A DNA stretch of 64,000 nucleotides from an uncultured Planctomycetia bacterium (GTDB taxonomy: Bacteria > Omnitrophota > Gorgyraeia > Tantalellales > Tantalellaceae), in contig CAYPCX010000002.1 of NCBI GenBank assembly GCA_964409365.1, positions 160,984 to 224,983 on the forward strand, read 5' to 3'. The notes under the pieces were generated by a model. It saw only the letters and a list, made by a program, of their open reading frames with translations, was not told the origin of the DNA and did not search any database. The first letter of the stretch is position 1. Every line of letters starts with the position of its first letter. The translations under genes were made by a program, and so were the position numbers. Shown piece after piece: positions 57,330 to 64,000 of this stretch.

Positions 57330-57392
57330 GTGAACGCCCCCGATCCCTTCCGGCTTTGCCAAGCGAGCCGGGGGAGGGGGCGTTTCACTTTT
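57330..57392 (+). terminator. Long hairpin plus U-tract after gene 2 (putative intrinsic terminator) with a 10-nt loop TTGCCAAGCG
   Basis: GTGAACGCCCCC..CTTCCGGCT [TTGCCAAGCG at 57356-57365] AGCCGGGGG.GGGGGCGTTTCAC, followed by TTTT. It starts 16 nt after the TAA. Confidence 0.75.
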
Positions 57393-57426
57393 ACAGTAAA
57401 TCTTTACCATGTAATAAGTTATGTAT

Positions 57427-57435
57427 TTATCCACA
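57427..57435 (+). promoter_or_regulatory. Perfect DnaA-box nonamer TTATCCACA
   Basis: Exact match 46 bp upstream of the P3 -35. It is a single copy, so function is unproven. Confidence 0.35.
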
Positions 57436-57481
57436 TCTTCTCCCGGATATAGTTAGGTTTTAAAATAGTTAGATTAGGTGG

Positions 57482-57509
57482 TTGACATTATTATATAATA
57501 TGTTAATAT
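57482..57509 (+). promoter_or_regulatory. Sigma70-type promoter P3 for gene 3
   Basis: TTGACA (57482-57487), 16-bp spacer, then TGtTAATAT (TAATAT at 57504-57509), in a very AT-rich spacer. Confidence 0.72.
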
Positions 57510-57693
57510 ATAAACATATAATTAGCATATTAAAAAGTCAGAAATTTACCGTTTTAGGAGATGCGTTGATAATAGTATTATTATGCGATATTTAGACAAC
57601 GGGAAGGGATTTGTGCAGTTCGGGTAAGTGAACTTGTTTAATAAGATAGTTATATATTGTGATAAGTAATACAAAACTGAGAATATAAGGGTT

Positions 57694-60600
57694 ATGAGGC
57701 AAAACAGAGCATTTCTTAAGATCATAGCGGTTATCGTAGCGGGTGTTTTCCTGCACCAGCAGATTGTGTGGGCGGCGGGGGATATGACAGGTCCGGTAAA
57801 GCCGGTTCCCGCGCGCGCCAATACAGCCCGTTCGGAAGTCGTTCACGATATTCGCGTTCCCAGCGACCTTGCCCAGCTGGACGAGATCGGCATGAACGGC
57901 AGCCGAGATCTCATAATAAATATCCAGGATTGCCATTCTTCGCTTTCCGCCCAGTATTCTATCGTGGAGATACTGAAACGCCTTCTCCAGGACTACAGCG
58001 TTGATGTAGTGGCCATAGAAGGCGCGACAGGATATGTCGACACGTCCATCCTGAAGACCTTCCCCGATACCGGTATCAAGGAGAAAACGGCCGATTACCT
58101 GATGAAAGAAGGCAAGCTTTCCGCGGGCGAGTTCTTCACGGTCACCTCGAACGAGGATATCGCGCTGTACGGAGTGGAAGATAACGGTCTTTACCGGGAG
58201 AACGTGAAAGTCTTCCGCGATATCTATTCGAAGAACCGCGAAAGCATAGACACGCTCGATCTTATCCTGGAAAAGCTCAGGAAGAAGGAAGACAAGGTAT
58301 ATCAGGAGGACTTGAGCCGCATGGTGTATAAGTCCCGCCTTCACCGCGACGGCAAGATGAGCTTTGATGTCTACTGGGATTTTCTCGAGGAGATTTGCAG
58401 GGAGAGGGGCGTTCCCACCGGGGGATACCCGGCCATCAACGGTTTCATGGACTGCGTCAGCCTGGAAAGGACGATAGGCTTCAGTGAAGCCACTTCCCAG
58501 AGGAAAGAGCTGATCGATGAGCTGATGGAAGGGGCCGCGAAGGAAGATCTTGAAGAAATGGTGCTTAAGTCCCTTTCGTTCGAGAAAGGAAAGATCACGG
58601 AACTGGCGTATCACACCTGGCTTCTGGACCTCGCCGCGAGAAAAGGCGCCCGGACGGAAAAATATACGCAGCTTTACAGGTATGTAGACTACATCGAACA
58701 TTATCAGCGGCTTAACATCATCGGTCTCCAGAAAGAACTGGATCGTATAGAAGAGAAAGTGCTTGAGGAGCTGTTCTCCTCGCAGGAAGAGCGAGAACTT
58801 TACAGGCTGGTCACCCTGGTAGAGCTTGTGAGGGCGCTTTTTGAGATAAAACTTTCGGGAGAGGACGTATCCCGCCTGTCCAGGAACATGGATAAAGTAA
58901 CGGTGGATGAGGTCATGAGCTTTATTGGAGGTAAGGGCACAAATGACGATCAGGATGCCGTCCTGGATATCAAAAGGCGTTTGGAGATGCTTCTCCCGGA
59001 AGCTAAAAAGGCGCTCAGGTTCTACAAGCTGGCTGAGAAGCGCAACAAGGCGATGTTGGCGAATACGGCATCCACGATGCGCAGAGAAGGCAAGCATGTA
59101 GCCGCCCTTATCTCGGGCGGACACCATTCCCGCGGCCTTACCGAACTCATGAAAGAGAAAGGCCTGTCCTATCTTGTCCTCATGCCTAAATTCTCTTCTG
59201 ACAGGTCCCGCCCGTATATCGCGGTCTTGACGAAAAAGACCGGCCCGTACAGAGAGCTTGCCACGAGCGGCGCGTATGACCTCGCGCTCGAAGCTTATTT
59301 CGACAAAGGGGACCTCGACGCGCTGGAGGAGACGCTGGCCTTCGCCGTGGGGCAGAGCGTCCTGGCCGGGAAGTATACAAAGGTCGAGATAGGAGAGTGG
59401 CTTAAAGCTTACGAAAAGGCTTACGAGGAGCTCGAAGGAAGCGAAAGAGAGCAGGCGCTGGCCGCCAAGGCGATAACGCCGGAAGACCTCAGGGAACGTC
59501 TCGAGAGGCTGGATGTCGTAAGCGTGGATGATGGCGCGTGTGAGATCAAGATAAACGGCAATAGTTACCGCGTGACCGGCGAGGATGTGGAACTTATACA
59601 GCCCGCCATAGAGGGTTTGGAGGTAAGGGCAAAAAAATACCCGGTCCAGGCTTTCAGGATGATGAAAGACCGCTTCGAAAGGGCGAAGGCGGCATGTGAG
59701 GAAATACTGCCCGCCGCGTTCATAGACACGGTCTCAAGATCGGCCGAGAGAGGAAGGATCTTCAAGAACACGATCTCAGTCCTGAAAGCCGGTGCCGGGA
59801 CAGGCTTGACCGAGGCGCTGGGCGGCGTAGCGCTTGCCTGGGCGGCAAGAAAGCAGCGTTCTATACCGATCGCGGGAACGGGTGACCGCGTCCCTGGCGC
59901 ACCTGTATCGTTTGATGATGTAAAAATGATGTCTCCCGACAAATTCCAGGAACTTGTATCTTTTTATAAGTTTCGGGTCGTTTCGGGAAGAAAACATGCC
60001 GTGGTCCTGGCGCATGACGACCTTGATTTCGTGATAAAGATGAGGAACGAGCCGGTCCCGGAAACCGGTGAGGGAGATATAAACGGATCGTTCTACAACT
60101 ACGGGAAGTACGGGAAGATGTCCGGCGTCGGCAGGGCCGAATATTCTATGGCAGGCAATTTGACGGTTTCCCTGGAGAATGGGGTCCAGCTTAGCGATGA
60201 AAATGCCGTACTCCAGGAAAAGACGGATTCATTAGCCGAACTGATTCGCGAGGATGTCGAAGCGGGAAGGATAAAAGAAGCCAAGAATAAGCTTGACGCT
60301 TTCGCGGAAGTGCATGAAAGTGTCGCCGGAGAAGGTCTGGTCGACAAACTCTTCCTGACCGGTCCCGGTAAAAGTACGAGGGAATACTTTACGAACATAG
60401 GGCGGAGCAGGAGGAGCGGGAAGTGGGTCCACGTCGATACCGCCGACCTTACACATGAAGTGCCCCCGGCCGGTGTTCCTGAAGGCGGACTTGATAATGT
60501 CAGAAGCTGGTTCCCTTTCAAAGATAACCCGGAACTGGCAGATCATTTTGACAACCAGATCATGCCGCGGCTGGCAAAACTCGGCAGTAAACTTGACAGC

Positions 60601-63600
60601 GGTCCCCAGCCGTCGCGGCGGTCCATATTACTCCTTGTCGGAGCGGCGGTGTTAGGGTTGGGGATGATCCGCGGCGCTACGGCGCAGGAAAAAGCGCCGA
60701 GACCCGCGGAAGGCGAAAAAAAGCCGCCCATAGTTGCCACGAAAGAGAAGAAAAAAGAGATCCCCAGGCACATTTTAAAAGTAGCCAAGGAAGTGAGAGT
60801 GCCGCGCGAAATCATAGGAGAAAATGAAGAAACCTTCAGGGCCTTTTTGGAGCCTGCGACCTATCTTGTCGACAGGGTTCTTGAATGTACCGATAGCGGA
60901 ATGAGCGCGGGATACAAAAAGGACGTCCGGTTTCTCCTGCTCATGACGGCCCTTTCCGAAAGCTATCTCCAGGGAGAGGCGGCGATCAGGCCCCTGGTCA
61001 AATTTACGCCTTCCACCGCGAAGTACCTTCTGGGTCGTATCGATGCCAGATCCTGCAATCCCGTGTTCGAACAGGCGGCGGACAGGAATTTCTGCGATAA
61101 CTGGAAGGAACTCGTATACCACCTGCCCCCTTGGGAGATAGTGGCGAAAATGGAGGAGAAGGCAAAAAAAGAAGGCAGGAAGTTATTCGCCTATGGTTCA
61201 CATTATCGCGAGTTCGAGACTTTCCTCATGAGCTGGAAAGTCAGGGAGCTTATAGAAAGCGCGCTGGATATGGATTGGAAAGATATTGTTGCCATGCCGG
61301 AAGACGACATAATGGTTACACTGGCAGGCAATGACCTTTTCAATATGATAATGACCAGGTATTATTTTTGGCTCAAACCTGCTCCCGTGCCCAGCTGGAA
61401 AAGGCCGCCGGAAGTATATAAGTATTATGTAGATGTCTTGGGGCCCGGGTCTCCGCTTCCTACCGGGAGATTTGATGAACTAGCCAACCGGGTGAGCAAG
61501 AGCGGTGTTCTTGATGGCATCAAAGGGAGCGTAAGGGAAAAGATAGAGGCCGAGGCGCGGGAGCTGTTAAAGAAAGAGCTCGCGGCAAGAAAACCGAAAG
61601 AAGCAAAAAGACCAGAAGAGGCGAAAAAACCGAGCCCCGTGCAACCCCGGGGGTTAAAACCGGCAAGACCGGAACGTGTTCCGGGAAAAGGGCTATTATG
61701 GGTGCTGGCGGCGCTGGGAGTGGTCGGATTCATTTGCATTATCATATTTTTTGTATGGCAGCCGAAGAAGGCCGGCTCTGCTTCGGGACAGCCGGAAGTC
61801 CACAGGAAATTCGCGGCCGAGGAAAACCTGCGGTGGAAAATAGGGGACCTGTATAAAAAAGAACGGTTCCCGCACCATTTCTGGGAGACGGAACTTGCCG
61901 TGAAGATAGCCGAAGAGATGGGGCTGAAGGATGAGGCGGTCTTTCTGGCTGTAGCGCTGTACGCGCATCATCTCGGCCATGAACCCAGAAAGCGGTATAA
62001 AGCTAAATTTAAGAATATGGATGATATCTTGTCTGAACAATATCCTGATCCTGAACCTGGATCAGGGAAACCATGGCACATACGGGACAAGGTAAGATGC
62101 CTGTTGAAGGATAAGGGTGTCGATGATGCCGCGGAACCCGAACAGAAGTTCGAGGTCTTCTGCGGCGGGATGGCCGGGCTGATGGGAAAGGGCTCTCTCG
62201 ACGGTGAAGAAAAGGAAGTGGCCGCGTCAATGGTCAGCGCCAATTTCTGCGCGCGGAAGATGTTGAAAGAAGCAGATGTAAAACTTCCGGAGGAAGCAGA
62301 GCTGATGCTTGACTATTACGGCAGGTACGGAAAATTCCAAAAAGCGTATGAAGCGGAGCAGGAGCCTATCCGGCAGAGGTGTCCGTCTATCGAGCCCGAG
62401 AACGTGGCTAAGCTTATCGCCGTTATCAGGGTGGCGAGCACGTTCATGAACAGGATAGACCCGGCGGTTCGCGGCGGGCAAAGGGGCGAAGGGACCGACA
62501 CTTTCTATGAGGCGCTGAAATTCGTTATCAAAGATATTGAGGAACAACAAGAGACGGATGGCGTGACTTCCGACGCTGTGGGCAAGCTGCTCATGTTGTT
62601 CAAAGAGCAGGACGAGATCATCAAGTTCACCCTGGCCCAGTACAGGGACGGGGGTGAGAGGCCGGCCATGTCCATACTGCAAAGCGACGGGAGATTTTTG
62701 AGATTTTTGACATATACCAATTATCATCTTATAAAACGCAACATGGACTTGATAGAGAAATATGAAGATTATCAGGAGGGTGTGACTGCGAAATTATACC
62801 GCGACTGGGCAAGAAATATAAGAACCAAGATCATCACAAAGGGCGTAGGCATGTTCGTCGCGGGGCTAGTCTATATCGTGATATTCGCCTGGTTTTATCA
62901 TGTAAGCCCCTTAAACCTCTCCTGGGTGGTCGTAGCCTTGTTTTTAAGCTGTTTCCTGGTGTCGATGGGCTTGTATGAACTTTTCTCGTACTGGTGGTAC
63001 TTGCGGATAGCCTGGCATATCGAAAAGGCCTATGAAGAATCTATGGCCGATCATGCCAGGTCGATCTATCCTGCAATGATAGCCGAGTTGAAAGAAGCGT
63101 GCGGCGAGGCCGATGTAAGCAAGGCAATTAAAACGCTCGTAGAAAAAGGCGGCGGGAAAGACATGGACGATTCCGCAAAAGAGAAGATCTTCGTGGAAGA
63201 GATGCGAAAGATCGCCACGCCTGAAAAACTCGAGGCAAGAGGTGTATCTTATGACAGGGAAGAGTTAGTTGAAAGGCGTAGGGATGATTATATTTGTGAC
63301 GCGATAGCCGTGCGCATTTTCGGCATGCATTTACAGGTTACGCACGGCGGGGATGATTGGGCCAAGCTGGAAGAAAATTTCATGGAACGTTCGATCCATG
63401 GTTTGGTCAGAGATGCCTTGGTGAACATGCACTACCTGAAGATCCGGGAGAAGTCCAGCAAAAAGGTCGCCGAATGGACACAGGAACCGACCATGGAGGA
63501 AATAGGACAGGAGCAGTCCGTTTATGACGTCAGGCTGGCTGAAAAACTCTTTCAGGAAGAAAAGGAAAAATTTCCGATCGCCTGGAGGAATGAAAAAGGA

Positions 63601-64000
63601 AAGTTCGTGAAAACCGAAACCGGTGCGTGGGAGAAACTGCCGCCTATAGTGCGGCAAATAATAGGATGGCACGACCTTTTCGACGATGCGGCAACATACA
63701 TGTTCAGGGCGTCATGGCCATTTTGTTATTTTTATGCCTTTTTTATAGGTGAAAGATTGGAGGTCGACCGCTATAACAAGATACTGAAAGGTACGATGCA
63801 CGACATGCAACCGGTAGCGACATATGCAAACGTTCGCCAGAGCTTAAAACGCGGAGGGGGCAGACGTAATGAGATGAGGTTTGATACAGGCAGTAGGACA
63901 TGGGTCTGGAAGGAAGGGGACGGCGCGGCCCTTACGGCCGGCATAAGCGATGAGCCCAGGGGCAGTGAGCTCAGGCGAACCGTCGTTTCGATCCAGGAAA
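57694..64000 (+). CDS. Third giant protein (gene 3), 3'-truncated, >2,100 aa; paralog of gene 2 at the N-terminus
   Basis: Translated by hand: ATG 57694 gives MRQNRAFLKIIAVIVAGVFLHQQIVWAAG...IQDCHSSLSAQYSI...ISGGHHSRGL...LALEAYF. There is no in-frame stop to the window end, hence its absence from the ORF track. AAGGG lies upstream as a possible RBS. Confidence 0.92.
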   Translation, partial: MRQNRAFLKIIAVIVAGVFLHQQIVWAAGDMTGPVKPVPARANTARSEVVHDIRVPSDLAQLDEIGMNGSRDLIINIQDCHSSLSAQYSIVEILKRLLQDYSVDVVAIEGATGYVDTSILKTFPDTGIKEKTADYLMKEGKLSAGEFFTVTSNEDIALYGVEDNGLYRENVKVFRDIYSKNRESIDTLDLILEKLRKKEDKVYQEDLSRMVYKSRLHRDGKMSFDVYWDFLEEICRERGVPTGGYPAINGFMDCVSLERTIGFSEATSQRKELIDELMEGAAKEDLEEMVLKSLSFEKGKITELAYHTWLLDLAARKGARTEKYTQLYRYVDYIEHYQRLNIIGLQKELDRIEEKVLEELFSSQEERELYRLVTLVELVRALFEIKLSGEDVSRLSRNMDKVTVDEVMSFIGGKGTNDDQDAVLDIKRRLEMLLPEAKKALRFYKLAEKRNKAMLANTASTMRREGKHVAALISGGHHSRGLTELMKEKGLSYLVLMPKFSSDRSRPYIAVLTKKTGPYRELATSGAYDLALEAYFDKGDLDALEETLAFAVGQSVLAGKYTKVEIGEWLKAYEKAYEELEGSEREQALAAKAITPEDLRERLERLDVVSVDDGACEIKINGNSYRVTGEDVELIQPAIEGLEVRAKKYPVQAFRMMKDRFERAKAACEEILPAAFIDTVSRSAERGRIFKNTISVLKAGAGTGLTEALGGVALAWAARKQRSIPIAGTGDRVPGAPVSFDDVKMMSPDKFQELVSFYKFRVVSGRKHAVVLAHDDLDFVIKMRNEPVPETGEGDINGSFYNYGKYGKMSGVGRAEYSMAGNLTVSLENGVQLSDENAVLQEKTDSLAELIREDVEAGRIKEAKNKLDAFAEVHESVAGEGLVDKLFLTGPGKSTREYFTNIGRSRRSGKWVHVDTADLTHEVPPAGVPEGGLDNVRSWFPFKDNPELADHFDNQIMPRLAKLGSKLDSGPQPSRRSILLLVGAAVLGLGMIRGATAQEKAPRPAEGEKKPPIVATKEKKKEIPRHILKVAKEVRVPREIIGENEETFRAFLEPATYLVDRVLECTDSGMSAGYKKDVRFLLLMTALSESYLQGEAAIRPLVKFTPSTAKYLLGRIDARSCNPVFEQAADRNFCDNWKELVYHLPPWEIVAKMEEKAKKEGRKLFAYGSHYREFETFLMSWKVRELIESALDMDWKDIVAMPEDDIMVTLAGNDLFNMIMTRYYFWLKPAPVPSWKRPPEVYKYYVDVLGPGSPLPTGRFDELANRVSKSGVLDGIKGSVREKIEAEARELLKKELAARKPKEAKRPEEAKKPSPVQPRGLKPARPERVPGKGLLWVLAALGVVGFICIIIFFVWQPKKAGSASGQPEVHRKFAAEENLRWKIGDLYKKERFPHHFWETELAVKIAEEMGLKDEAVFLAVALYAHHLGHEPRKRYKAKFKNMDDILSEQYPDPEPGSGKPWHIRDKVRCLLKDKGVDDAAEPEQKFEVFCGGMAGLMGKGSLDGEEKEVAASMVSANFCARKMLKEADVKLPEEAELMLDYYGRYGKFQKAYEAEQEPIRQRCPSIEPENVAKLIAVIRVASTFMNRIDPAVRGGQRGEGTDTFYEALKFVIKDIEEQQETDGVTSDAVGKLLMLFKEQDEIIKFTLAQYRDGGERPAMSILQSDGRFLRFLTYTNYHLIKRNMDLIEKYEDYQEGVTAKLYRDWARNIRTKIITKGVGMFVAGLVYIVIFAWFYHVSPLNLSWVVVALFLSCFLVSMGLYELFSYWWYLRIAWHIEKAYEESMADHARSIYPAMIAELKEACGEADVSKAIKTLVEKGGGKDMDDSAKEKIFVEEMRKIATPEKLEARGVSYDREELVERRRDDYICDAIAVRIFGMHLQVTHGGDDWAKLEENFMERSIHGLVRDALVNMHYLKIREKSSKKVAEWTQEPTMEEIGQEQSVYDVRLAEKLFQEEKEKFPIAWRNEKGKFVKTETGAWEKLPPIVRQIIGWHDLFDDAATYMFRASWPFCYFYAFFIGERLEVDRYNKILKGTMHDMQPVATYANVRQSLKRGGGRRNEMRFDTGSRTWVWKEGDGAALTAGISDEPRGSELRRTVVSIQE
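60925..61450 (+). other. Lysozyme-superfamily / lytic transglycosylase-like domain in gene 3
   Basis: LLLMTALSES (putative catalytic E at 60958-60960), LVKFTPSTAKY (cf. GLMQxMPxTA) and LAGNDLFNMIMTRYYF..PVP..YKYY. It lies between a Tat-like signal and a TM helix (61693-61758). Confidence 0.5.
61861..62560 (+). other. Degenerate HD-GYP-like domain in gene 3
   Basis: HHFWETELAVKIAEEMGL..LAVALYAHHLG (HD replaced by HH at 61966-61971), KGSLDGEEKE, AVIRVASTF (cf. IIAVADxF) and EALK. Confidence 0.5.

Noticed and set aside
57600-57625. Gene 3 leader words GGAAGGGAT (complement of 57343-57351) and TTTGTG/TTCGGGT (complements of gene 1 trailer words)
   Set aside because: These are only 6-9 nt single matches, not distinguishable from chance.
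57400-57690. Spacer as a replication origin
   Set aside because: There is only one perfect DnaA box and no dnaA/dnaN/gidA context. The AT-richness is explained by the promoter.
60355-60378. LTGPGKST in gene 3 as a Walker A motif
   Set aside because: The spacing does not fit GxxxxGK[ST], and the context looks kinase-like rather than P-loop.
252-63672. Hundreds of minus-strand and alternate-frame ORFs in the track, some >500 aa (1334-2848, 42972-44753, 57592-59127)
   Set aside because: They are shadows of the giant + strand genes. They are F/L/S/P-rich mirror translations of a purine-rich E/K-coding strand, with no recognisable motifs.

Overview
The window holds three tandem, co-oriented (+ strand) giant genes separated by two short spacers. 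There are no rRNA, tRNA, CRISPR or IS features. Gene 1 (open from base 2 to 17530, more than 5,840 aa, 5'-truncated) is a TPR/coiled-coil membrane protein. Gene 2 (18039-57314, about 13,090 aa) is a modular giant. In order it carries a signal-like helix, a conserved ~500-aa N-terminal domain, a HExxH domain, helical repeats, a SecA-like ATPase, a polytopic TM block, ~43-aa repeats, six TolC/OEP-like half-repeats, a GH5-like barrel on a coiled-coil stalk, a beta-rich region, a GT2 with TM helices, and a C-terminal domain shared with gene 1. Gene 3 (57694 to beyond 64000, absent from the ORF track because it has no stop in the window) is a paralog of gene 2 at its N-terminus. It continues with kinase-like, internal Tat-like signal, lysozyme/SLT-like and degenerate HD-GYP modules. 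The architecture resembles giant genes reported in Ca. Omnitrophota (inference only). The most striking non-coding signal is in gene 2. Its 5' leader and start carry two heptamer arrays (7x GGTTAGG, 7x CTTGGCA). The 3' trailer 39 kb away carries the exact reverse complements of both, one of them forming the loop of the terminator-like hairpin. This suggests 5'-3' end communication in a giant mRNA. All domain calls are by-eye motif recognition; no searches were run.
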